Below are positions 13,184-24,420 of a DNA stretch of 64,000 nucleotides, piece after piece. The notes under the pieces were generated by a model. It saw nothing but the letters and a program-made list of their open reading frames with translations, did no database searches and was not told the DNA's origin. Source of the stretch: Oikopleura dioica (Eukaryota > Animalia > Chordata); NCBI GenBank assembly GCA_907165135.1, contig OU015568.1, positions 7,812,001-7,876,000 of the forward strand. The letters run 5' to 3'. Position 1 is the stretch's first letter; every line of letters begins with the position of its first letter. A program made the translations under genes and the position numbers.

Positions 13184-15088
13184 ATGGCAACGATTGACGA
13201 ATTGCTCGGTAAATTCCCTGAGATGGACCCCGTTCTGCTCAGGTGCATCAAACTCCTTCAAGTCGGCGGCAAAGAAGGGCGCAAAGGGATAAAGGACATG
13301 ACAAATGAGCTATTTACCACGCGCTCTGCTTCGCCCCTGACGACTGTCCAGGCGAAAGTAAGTCGACTCATTTTTCATTTCATCCCCTATTTACCCGCTC
13401 ATTATTACAGAGTGACAAGCGCAAGGCGGCTCAAGCAATCGGACAATCGGAGAAAAAACCTCGTATGGAGTTGGAATCTGGTTTTGATCTCAAATCAGGA
13501 ATGGGTTAAAATTGGAAAACAATATCGATTCTAGTCCATTTTGTCATCCAGATTTACGGCGCTTTAGGGCGGTCTATCTTTGCCTCGGAATTCGTGCCCT
13601 TATTCGGATAGAACGCGTTGTGTGGCTGTGTGCCCCTGTGTCACAATCAATATTTCAATTTATTTCCATTACTTTCTCAATTCCACGGCAGCCGGGCTCG
13701 CTCTGTGAGCTCAGTGCCTGTACGTCGATTCTCGATTTTCCAGTATTTATTAAATTTCATCCCCCGAAATTATACGTAAGTCAATACGTCGAAAAGAGCG
13801 TTTAACCCAGAAAAAGGAGGGAGTGTTCTATCGGCTGCGTCAAGTTCTACGAGTAGCGAGAGTTGTAAAACTTGTGGAGACCCGTCAATAAAGGGCAAAC
13901 AGGTGAGTCACTGGTTTTTCTCTTGTCAGTATCCTTTTTGTACGTTGAGTAGGAGCTCACTGCTTAGCATTCACCGCGTGCCTTACAATCAGTGCCGTAC
14001 TGTATTGTCAAGCACACAAGCGGAATACTCAGCAATGAGCTGAATGGTGAGAAACATACAGGATTCTCTGCTTCTTGTTTTTTTTTTATTTTTTACAAAA
14101 AATTCATAACGCGACTGTCTCTTCTGTGGTGTTGACCATGTCGGTGCGCGACGTCAAAAAGGAGAGCGAGGCTCAGCAGCGACATCATTCGAAACATCGC
14201 CTCCCGTACTATATCGCACACATATGATAATCAATCAATGGAATTATACAACTGAACCTATGGGCCATTCTATCATGTCAAATTACCTTTTTTTATTTCG
14301 CGATCGGGGCGTTTTCTCTTCCTTGATTTCAATTCAAAAAATGTATATCTTAAACATTTTATTTAGGGACTAAAAGTCGAGTGCTCCGAATGTCATCAAT
14401 ATTTCCACCAAGAATGTCACAAGCCGCCAGTGCCAGGTTCGTGAATTTGGTATTTGAGGTTCACTTTATTTTTTACGATCAGTTTAAAAGTTTGAAATTT
14501 TGTCAGGGGGATCTAGAAAGTTGCAGGAATTGATACGTGAAGTCTCTGAATTATTCTTCTTTTCAGCGATCACCGCGTCAGATCCAAGAACGATCTGGAA
14601 ATGTTCATCTTGCACTGAATCTGATAAGAGTACCTTTGTCAATCCGAAAAGTAGGAAGTCGGAGGAGAAGAGCAAGGATAAATCGGTTGATTCCGTTCCA
14701 TCCCAACGCGTCGATAAGCTTTCCGCCAAGAAAGATATCGATGGAAAGAGCCGCGAAGGAAGCCCAAGGTGCTACTTTCGGTTACGAATAACGGTGGCGA
14801 GTAACTACTGTTCTTTTAGTCTTTCTGGTTGGGGAACTTGATAAAAGGCGAAAAGAAGAAGAATGAAACGAAGCTAACGTCGGTTGACATATTTGCGGCG
14901 GACTCGGGTAATGAAACCGCCAAGCCTAAAAAGAGCAAATACAAGGACAGCTTAGCTGAAGGTTTGTCGATAATCGTCGCACACACGTGCCGCACTCTCA
15001 ACTCTCCGCTCATGCAACACTTTTAGACGGCGACAGCAAAGACGACAAAAAGGTGAAAAAGAAAAAGAAGAAAAAGTCACAGCAATAA
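13184..15088 (+). CDS. INTS12: Integrator complex subunit 12 (PHD finger)
   Basis: N-terminal EMDPVLLRCIKLL, KKPRME, and a PHD finger split over exons: CKTCG...VECSECHQYFHQECHKP...DPRTIWKCSSC; lysine-rich C-terminus. Confidence 0.85.
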
Positions 15089-15374
15089 TAGTAGAAAATC
15101 TTCTCTTTCACTGCCAACCTTCTTCAATAAAAAATATAATTCAATTCCGACCAATCACAAACACCCTTCAAGACAAATTTTCTGCCATAAACTAATCTGA
15201 TTTGCTCGACAGTTTTGAATATTACGAGTTATTTTTCGAGCAATCTTATTCGCTCAGAAAAGTGACTGATTACTGATAGGATCGAAATTCCCATAGGATT
15301 GAGGTTGGATATTATTTTCAGTCAAAATCAATGCATTCCATTTCGGTTCAAAAATAAGCTCATCCGTCTTAGAG

Positions 15375-15868
15375 ATGGCGAATCGGAGCCAGGCGCTGTA
15401 CTTGCGTCAATTGTATCGAGTGCGTCAAAAAGCTCAAAGACGCCTGCCGAATGAATTATTGGAGACGGCGGGCAGGATCGAAACCCATTTGGCTGCGCAG
15501 CCCAAGTTTACTGACGAGGCCTTTTGCAACCACTTAAATACTCCATACATACAGGTAGATATTTATCACCTATCAGCGTCATATTTTATTGATTCCTCCC
15601 TTTTTCGATAATGATGGAAAATTTTTTTGACATCAAGTCACTCTGAATTGAACCTGTCAATCAGGAGTTGTAATTTTGTGTTCAGCAATTTCATCTGCTC
15701 TTACGGGAAGTACGAGAGGAAGGCCTTATCGTTGACGAACACCGAGACTTTCAAGAAGAAATCGAGCAGCAACGACAAGCGAAAGGAAAAGGACAACAGT
15801 TTCTTTCAAGCGCTAATAGGAAAACTCAATGGCCAGGAGAAGGCACGCATTGGCACAGAAAAGATTGA
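15375..15868 (+). CDS. Uncharacterised two-exon protein (about 120 aa)
   Basis: ATG after a TTAG acceptor; phase-0 GT-AG intron joins ...NTPYIQ to QFHLLLREV...WPGEGTHWHRKD*; no family recognised. Confidence 0.55.
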
Positions 15869-15949
15869 ACTGATCATTACTGCTTGATATGGATATTTAT
15901 AAACTATTTCAAAATGCATGTTTGTTAAATTTTTTCGCTTTTCAGATTG

Positions 15950-16468
15950 ATGGACCACGACGAGGACGACAATCGGGACCGACCAGGGAACATCAACAAA
16001 CGCATCGACTTCTCGAAAGAAGTGCGCTGCCTCCTCTACGGCTTCGGCGACGACCCCAATCCTTACACTGAAACTGTCAGTAAGTACACAACACGTAGGG
16101 TTCTAGCCTGTAGAGAGCAAGTAAATAATTTGCGAGTATTGCAACTGAATCCTCGAATCTTCGATCTTCGTGGAGTCTTCAATTATGCATGAATTTATAT
16201 CTGATCGCTCATTCAGATCTCGTTGAGGAGCTTGTCATACAGTACATACAGGACATTACACGCTCGGCGATCGAGTTTGGCAAGTCGGGAAAGATCAACC
16301 TCGAAGCTCTTGCTTACGTCATCAGAAACGACAAGAGAAAAGGTCTGCTAAATGACATTTACAGATTCCTTATTTCAGTTTCTAGCAACTCGAGCGAAGG
16401 AACTAATCTATCTCGACCAAGAAATCAAAAAGGCGCGAAAAGGCTTCGACGACAATGGCCACATGTAA
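15950..16468 (+). CDS. TAF13: TFIID subunit 13
   Basis: FSKEVRCLLYGFGDDPNPYTETVNLVEELVIQYI...IRNDKRKATRAKELIYLDQEIKKARKGFD aligns colinearly with the TAF13 histone fold; last intron 16343-16385. Confidence 0.95.
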
Positions 16469-17062
16469 CCTGTTTCGCCTCCTGATAATCATTTTTCTGT
16501 ACATTTCTCCTGCTCTGTCAACTTCTTTCCATATCGTCGGAGAAGGACTACATCGCCAGCTGAATATAACGCTCTCTGAAGAGCGACGCGGTTCTAATGC
16601 TCTTCTTTCTTGGCAAATTACGCCGGATTTTTACGTTGATGTTTACGAATTGCAGAGGAAGAAGTTTCAATTTAGGGTCGACGATGGGGAGAGCAAATTT
16701 ATCGACATAGGTACTGCTAATGCATTTTATTCAACAAACGAACGATCCTTTTTTCAGAAATTCCCGCTCACCAGGCGGGTTTCCACTCTTTCTCGTGCAA
16801 CCTGGCTGCCAATTCTGTTCTCCTTCCCTTTCACATTCGCTACCAGCCCGCTGGCCCGCACTCAAGCAGCGAGATTCTCATCCCCTCGCCAGAAGTCAAC
16901 TTTATCCAGCCAAACGGCGAAATCGAAACCGAATACGGAGATCCGTTCTACTTGACCATCCCCGTCGCCAATACGAAGCACCTCTTTCTCGTCAATTTTT
17001 CCACTCTCTTTGCAGCTGTTTTCGGCGCTTTGTACCTTGCCCGTGAAATTCTCAGAAAGTGA
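16455..17062 (+). CDS. PIGX: PIG-X/PBN1 (GPI mannosyltransferase I subunit)
   Basis: Signal peptide MATCNLFRLLIIIFLYISPALS, GEGLHR, FYVDVYEL, IDIEIPA, LPFHIRYQP, LTIPVAN and a C-terminal TM helix. Confidence 0.88.
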
Positions 17063-17463
17063 AACTTCTTTCCTACATTCTTAAAACTCAACAACTGTGA
17101 AATTTTATTAAAAATGATCTCCGAACTGGCAAATTATTTTTAATCGTTGAAACTTTCAAATTGAAGTCCTTTCAAGAGTAAAAGCCACTTGCGGCTTTCG
17201 GCTAACAAAAAGCTTCTTCGCCCGTTGAGTTGAGAAAAGCCGCACGCGGCTTTCAAAAATCTGCGACTAACGCTGCCCTCAAAATCTAGAAAAAGCGAAG
17301 TCTTTTCAGATAAGCGAACCTCATTTTTCGAGAATTCAAAATAAGCAAAAATACTTTCGAGTCTGATAAACTTAGCCTCCGCTAATAGCAAATGGATAGA
17401 AAAATGTTTCTTTTTTCAACGAAAGAAGCTGTTCCAGAGATAATAAAAAGTCCGCCAATTCAG

Positions 17464-20400
17464 ATGGCAAATGGGGCGATCGAAAGTCGTTTGATTTCAT
17501 CCCTCCACAACCCAAGGAGTTCCAAAAATGGGCACTCCTCCGATCTTGACCTCCACCAAAAGCTGAAAATCCAACAGAAGCAGAACTCGCTACCAACAGT
17601 CAAGTTCACGCCGCCGACACTAGAAATCGCCACCGACATTGAACAGTTGAAATCGAAATACATTGTTTTAACCCCAAAGGAATGTGGTTCCAAATTGATA
17701 TTTGGCGCTTTTCCTATTTTCGCGATTGGCCGCGGAGGAATCTCCTCGGGCTACAATTGGCCAGTTTGAATTTGAAATGTTATGGCTTCCCCCGTGATGT
17801 AATCATGGAATGGAAAATTAAATAGTGAAAGTGTTAGTCGAACTTTTAATATTCAAAAATGAAGGAAAGTTTTTAGGATCTTAAATTATTTTACTCAAAA
17901 AGTTTGGTTAGAATAGCCGCGCGCGGCTTAAGAATCATAAAATAGGGCATTAAATGCGGCTAAAATGACCGTAGAACTGATTTTATTGGCCTCACGAGCC
18001 GAACGCGGCTTTTCTTCAAACCTAGTGTTTTTGAAATTCTAAAAACTTGAATCTTAGTTTTTCAAAAAGCGTCATTTTTGGAACCACCACCAAAAGAAGC
18101 AATTTAACCCCTCCCCTCACAACAAGTTCCAAGCGAAGCCACAGCCAGTTCCAAAATCTCCCTCAAACGATAGTCAAACTGTAAAACAATCAATATCGGA
18201 ATCTCCTCAGCCCAAGAAAGCTCAAGACGGCATCCCAGGTTGGCCGCGAAATTCGTTGCATCGATTTTATTGATAAATGCTATTCAGAGGCAAAGCGCAA
18301 CTTCTTTCCGGTTGACAACATCGGTTTGAAATGGAACCCGAATCAAGTCAAGCTCCTCGGTGGATTGTACAACTTAGGCAACACCTGCTATCTCAACTCC
18401 AGTTTGCAGTGTTTGATGCACACTGCGCCCCTAGTTAATATTCTCTCTGTTCCGCAGAATCATCCTGCTGTTAGAAATCATGGTAAGAAAATCATTTATA
18501 TCTATTCAAACGGGCTCAGCAACCTGTGTAGAGAGCTGCGAAGCGGTTTCGCCAAAAGTACAATACTTAAAAATTTATTTGCAAAATCGTTAAAAATTTC
18601 AATATTTCCTCGTTCAGGAGCATTTTGCCCGATGAGATCTCTCGCCAAGCTCATCCGCCAGCTCCAAAACCTCGGTCCTCGACAAGCAACAAGGCCGCAC
18701 GAGATTGTACAACATCTGAAACAGATCGCTTCTCATTTCAGCCACGGACGGCAAGAATGCGCCCACGAATTCACGAGACTGTTTATGGACGCGCTTTTGA
18801 GAAGTTGTACTCGTCAGTTTGGAAAGGTTCGTGTTCAAGTCTTTGATTTTTCTTTCACTTTCGGCTTTTTAGGTCGACAAATACGAGGAGACGACGTCGA
18901 TACCACATCGCGTTTTCGGCGGCTGGCTTCGTTCAAGAGTCACGTGTTCAAATTGCAAGAATCATTCCGATACCTTCGAGTCGTTTCTCGATGTTAATTT
19001 GGAAATGAAGGTTGTTATCGCTCCCGTCGCCTATAATCTAACCGCATTTCTAGGGCTGCGATTCGCTATTCGACTGTCTTCGGCACTTCACAATGACGGA
19101 AATTCTCGACAACGGGAATATGTACAAATGCGATAAATGCAAAAAAGCTACGCGGGCTGCAAAGGTAAGGAAAGTCCTTCAAGTCTTCTTTCTAGCCTTT
19201 TTTCTAGCGATTTACCATTCATCGCCCTCCAAATGTTCTGGCAATCTCTCTGAAACGATTCAACATCATGGGAAACAAGAACGGTCGGGAGATTCGCTTC
19301 CCATCGAAGCTTGACATTTCAAAATTCTGCTCCTATTCGAAAATGGACAACAATTACGAGCTGTATGCGATTCTGGTCCACGCTGGATTCACTGTCAATT
19401 CCGGCCATTACTACAGTTACTGTAGAACGGCGAAGGGAAACTGGAGCAGGTACTATTGATGAAATTGAGTCGACCTAATTAAACTTGTTTTAATTAGATT
19501 TGATGACTCTTGCGTCACACCTACGAGTTTGGAAAACGTCCTGCGCCAGCAGCCGTACATGCTTTACTACGTGCGCACTGATACGCCATTTTGGTGTAAA
19601 AAGACAAAGAGACCAAACAGCTCTCCAGTCCAGTCTCCTCTTCCGGCAAAGATCCCGGCCTCGAGTCCGACGACGCCGACGAACAATCAACTGCCGAAGA
19701 ATCCCTTCGTCAGTACTCCTTCACCATCGCCACAGAAACAAAAGTCGTTTATTGGACCAACCAGGCCAGTTGTAACGACCGTCAAAGTGACAAAGCCCGA
19801 TGAGAGAAAATACGAAAAACAATCGCCTAAATCCTCACCAAAGCCTAAGCCAAGAGAGTCGCCAAAACAGTCGCCGAAAATGTCGCCAGTTTCGTCGCCG
19901 CAGCAGCCGATTAGAAACAAACTCTTTTACAAGTAACTACTAGCTCGCCTTATGTCTACTATTCATGTTCTTTTTCTAGCCCTGGAAACAAATCAAACAA
20001 CCAACAGGCGAAGAACGGATCTTCTGCTCCTTCGCCGAAGCACAACAACAATCAATTCCAGCGTTCGAACTCGATAAGTTCAACAATTGGAATGCTCAAG
20101 AGTCAAAAGCCAGAGAAAAAGACGGAGAAAGAACGCATCTCCGGCCTTGTTGGATATTCGAGCGATGAGTCAGACGATGATACGAGTAAAGCCAAGAGCA
20201 GTTTCAATAACAGCAATTCGAACGGTCCAAAGAAGGAGGCAAGAAAGTCGGATGATAAGGATGGCTTGATGAAGAGCTTTCATGAACGAAAAGACAGAAT
20301 CGAAGAAAACAGAAAGAGAAAATATAATTTAGGAAACGGGGGCTCATTCTGGGGCCTCGGAAAGGTAACTCGTTGCTTTCCACTTGATATTAATCCAAGC

Positions 20401-20669
20401 TAAAGGTAAATCGATGGGATGGAAAGGCGAATAACTTGGATCAGCGAGATCGAGCTGCTTCAGCAGCAAGTGCGGGAAGTATAATTTCGAAGGAACAGTT
20501 GGATATTGACAAGGGAAAGACGAAGAAGTTAAAGCTCGAAAAGGTTGAATTTACATTAAGAACTCGGAAATTTTCATCATTGATATTTTAGAATCTTCAA
20601 AGAAGTAAGTCGTGGAGTAGCGTGAACCACTTTCAGAAAGTCCAATCTTCCCAAAGCATCAAACGCTGA
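17464..20669 (+). CDS. USP36: Ubiquitin-specific protease USP36/USP42 family
   Basis: EQLKSKYIVLTP N-terminal motif, Cys box GLYNLGNTCYLNSSLQCL, QECAHEF, His box YELYAILVHAGFTVNSGHYYSY, C-terminal LDIDKGKTKKLK. Confidence 0.9.
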
Positions 20670-21083
20670 GAAGTGAAGATTGTTTTTAATAGTTAATTGT
20701 ACAGAATTTATCTGAGTGTCTGGTTTTTATCACAGTAAAATGTCTATCTTTATCTCATCTATTCACTTTCTACTGTATAAGTTATTGCTTCCTCTCGTTC
20801 TGATAATTCATATTTCTCGATTTCTATCCACCACTCACTCTGAAGAGCAACTATCCGCTCAAGTGTTCACCTACTCTCACACACCCCTTTTAAATACGGA
20901 GCTTGAAGATAAACGAAGAAAAAAATAAATTGAAAAAGAAAAAACAACCCCCATCGACTTCAATTCATCTTGTGCCAGTATTGTCTACTCGTATCTAAAT
21001 GATCCTGTGCCGGCGTGAAATAAATCCTGTTGTCGAATTCATCTTCTAATTCTGTTGTCTTCAGAAAAGAAAAATATTAAAAA

Positions 21084-21536
21084 ATGGATGACAAATTGGC
21101 CGAGTATCGACGCAAAAAAGCGCAGCAATACGAAAAGACAAAAATTTCTTCATCGTTTGGTTCTAGTAGTAGCTCTTCGAGTTCTTCTTTGCTCAACTAT
21201 CTCCCCTTCTATCCTCTTATTTGTAAAATAGCCAATTACTTGGCAAGTACTAAAGCCGCTCAAATGATCGCTCAAAACTGGAGAAGAGTCCCTCTCTTTG
21301 GCCGGGTGAATGTGCTCTACTGGGTTCTTTGGTTGCTCGGGTATCTGATCGCTCTTGAAATAGAGTTTGGCATCGTCTATCTAACAAGTTCTCTAATTGG
21401 CCTGATCTTCCTCAACCTGGGGACTAAAAGAGAAGGCGAAGTTTCTGCATATTCTGTCTTTAATCCCGGCTGTCGTAGACTAGACGGGACCTTCACCTCT
21501 GATGATTTCGAAAAAAATGTCTTGCACAGGCATTAG
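21084..21536 (+). CDS. SAYSD1: SAYSvFN motif domain protein 1
   Basis: Single exon; TM hairpin ...EIEFGIVYLTSSLIGLIFLNLG followed by EGEVSAYSVFNPGC. Confidence 0.95.
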   Translation: MDDKLAEYRRKKAQQYEKTKISSSFGSSSSSSSSSLLNYLPFYPLICKIANYLASTKAAQMIAQNWRRVPLFGRVNVLYWVLWLLGYLIALEIEFGIVYLTSSLIGLIFLNLGTKREGEVSAYSVFNPGCRRLDGTFTSDDFEKNVLHRH

Positions 21537-21580
21537 TTCATAGAAAATCCACTCTCATCCGTTTTATTTTAGAGTGGAGA

Positions 21581-23446
21581 ATGTCGGACAATACAAATCA
21601 GTTTTCGAAGATGTCGTTAAACCCGAATGCATTCGAGTTCGTCCCTGGCCGCAATTTGAATGCACCGGCTTTTGTCCCTGGACAGGCTTTTGCTGCTCCC
21701 ACTCCAGCAGCTGCTGCGCCTGTTCAAGCCGAGCCACCAAAGCAAGAAGAGCCAGAAGATGATTGGGACAGGGTGATCCGTTCTTTTTCAATTGAAAGTC
21801 ATTCCATTCTTAGGATGATGATGAACCAGCCCCAGAGCCAGCGAAGGAACCCGAACCTGCTCCTGAACCAGAGCCAGAACCAGAAAAGCCAAAAGAACCA
21901 GAACCAAAGAAAGTAGAACCGAAGGTGGCTACTCCTGAGCCCGAAGAAGAAGAAGAGGAACCAGCCGAGGAAGAGGGCGCAACAAAAGACTACGTCAACA
22001 TTGTTTTCATCGGACACGTCGACGCGGGCAAATCGACGATGAGTGGACAGATCTTGAAGTTAACCGGCATGGTTGACAGCAGAACGTTGGAAAAGTATGA
22101 GAGAGAGTCGAAAGAAAAGAATCGAGAGTCGTGGGCGCTCTCCTGGTGCATTGACACCAACGATGAGGAGCGAGACAAGGGCAAAACTGTCGAGTATGGA
22201 AAGGCTTTTTTCGAAACTGAGAATAAGGTAAAATCAGTTCATTTGGACTTAACTAATGTTTCGTAGCATTTCACTATTCTCGATGCTCCCGGACACAAGT
22301 CCTTCGTTCCGAGCATGATTGAAGGTGCTTCTCAGGCTGATTTCGCGATTTTGATCATCTCTGCGCGAAAGGGTGAATTTGAAGCTGGTATGTTTGGGTT
22401 TTCTTTTCATCCTTCTTGAAATTAAATTTTAATAGGTTTCGAAAAGGGAGGACAAACCCGAGAGCACGCAATGCTCGTCAAAACCCAAGGAATCAAGCGT
22501 CTCATCGTTGCTATCAACAAAATGGACGAAACAGGCTGGGACGTGAACAGATACAACGAAATTCTCGAAAAGATGAAGCCATGGCTCCTCAAGCAAGTTG
22601 GATTCAAAAAGGAGCAACTCCACTTTATCCCACTATCCGGCTTCTCAGGCGTCAATGTCAAGGATTCTGATGTCTCCAAGCATCCCTGGTACAAGGGCCC
22701 ATCGCTTCTTGACTATTTGGATCAACTGCCAGCTGTTGAGAGAAATACCAAAGGAGCAGTTCGGTTTTGTGTAAGTCCAAAGTTCTTTTCTTGCTCAAAT
22801 TTCTAAAATGTCGCTTTCAGGTCGCCCAGAGATACAAAGACATGGGCCACGTCGTCATGGGAAAGCTCGAAATGGGCAAGCTTACCAAAGGCAAAAAACT
22901 GGTCATCCAGCCATCCGGTCGGAAAGTCAAAGTTTCCTCGATGGAATTCGAAGACAACCCAGTCGCAGTTGGGATTGCCGGACAAAACCTCAAAATCCGT
23001 CTCGAAGGGATTGAAAACGACGACGATGTTCGAAAGGGATACGTTTTGTGCGACACTGCTAATGTTTGCAAAAGATCGGCATGTTTTGACGGAAGAGTCC
23101 AAATCGCAGAGTACAAGTCTATCATCTCGTAAGTCCTATTTTACTGCTTCATCGACTGATTCGTGATTTCAGAGAAGGTTTCACGGCCGTTTTGCATCTT
23201 CACACAGCCGTCGAAGAAGTCACCGTCGAGCGACTCCTCGCCAAGTTCAACAGAAAGACCAAAAAGCTGGAGAAATTCTCCGGCGCGCGTTTCCTCAAGC
23301 AAGGCGACCAGGGTGTCGTGCGATTCAAGCTGCCGTGCCAGGTCGCGATGGAACTGGCTGACGACTTTCCAAGCATGGGCAGATTCACTCTCCGTGATGA
23401 AGGCAAAACCATCGCCATGGGCGTCATCAAGAAGATTATCGAATGA
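21581..23446 (+). CDS. GSPT1: Eukaryotic release factor eRF3
   Basis: Two PAM2-like motifs ([18 protein letters not shown]), [42 protein letters not shown]. Confidence 0.97.
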
Positions 23447-24420
23447 AATGAACACGGACAGGAAAATGGTCTTTCTACTTGAGATTTTATCCACTTAGAA
23501 GCGTTAAAAGATCATGTCAAGATATAAACTTTTCAAATCGTCATCGCGCGCAGGTGACTTTTGCATGGGTCATCTGCGCGCACTCTAGGGAAAATATCAG
23601 TTCTATCAACTCAACCTCAGCATCTCCTGGTCCAGCCGATTCCGGGAGCCTGCTGCTAGAATTTTTACAAACATACAGTCAGCTTATTGAAGGTCTCCAA
23701 TCGTCTTTCCTGTCTCCACTCTAAAGAAGGCAAGAAGAAAGGAAATCTTCGATCAACAAATTTCTTTCTGTTGCCCAGAACGTCTTGAAGTTATTAACTC
23801 AATTTTTCTCAAACAAGCGTTCAAATCTAGTTCAATCAATGTCCCATTCTGCTCACCCCAAAACCAAATCTCAAACTCCCCAAAATCCAAGTCTTTACTA
23901 CGTCCCTAACCAAATAAATAAAGAAAAAAGACAACTCAACAGCGATAAAAAGGTGAAATCAACGAAGAGAATTTCATTTTTATCTGGCCAAAGAAAGCTT
24001 ATCGATCTTATCAGTAGCATGGTTACGTATTTGATACCAAAAGCAGGTCAAAAACCTTGTGTATTCGAAGATCCGGCGTCGTTTAATTTCATCCCTTTTA
24101 GTGGAAGAAATTCTTTTTGTCCTTGGATGGTGCGCTCTCTGTCGCCCCTACTGCAGCCCTGCGGAGGAGACACCTACGCATTTTTTTATTCTTTAAATAT
24201 TCTTAATTACGGCTTATTAAATGACTGTACTTGATTGATTTCTTCATCATTGGACTCGTCGCCTTCTTGCGGTCATTTTTTGTATTGACAGTATTTTGAA
24301 AATCCCGCCGGAAAGTTGAATTTGGCGCGCTTTGAATTGGTCCTCCAGTTGGGTGAAAACTGATCGCTGGAAAACAAAGGGCAGCGCTTGGTTGAGGCGA
24401 CGCGTCACTTGAGGAACGAA

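Noticed and set aside
13499-13504. Possible GA donor in INTS12
   Set aside because: A same-phase canonical GT donor exists at 13505.
16342-16378. Possible GG-AG last intron of TAF13
   Set aside because: The canonical GT-AG intron 16343-16385 gives exact colinearity with TAF13 homologues.
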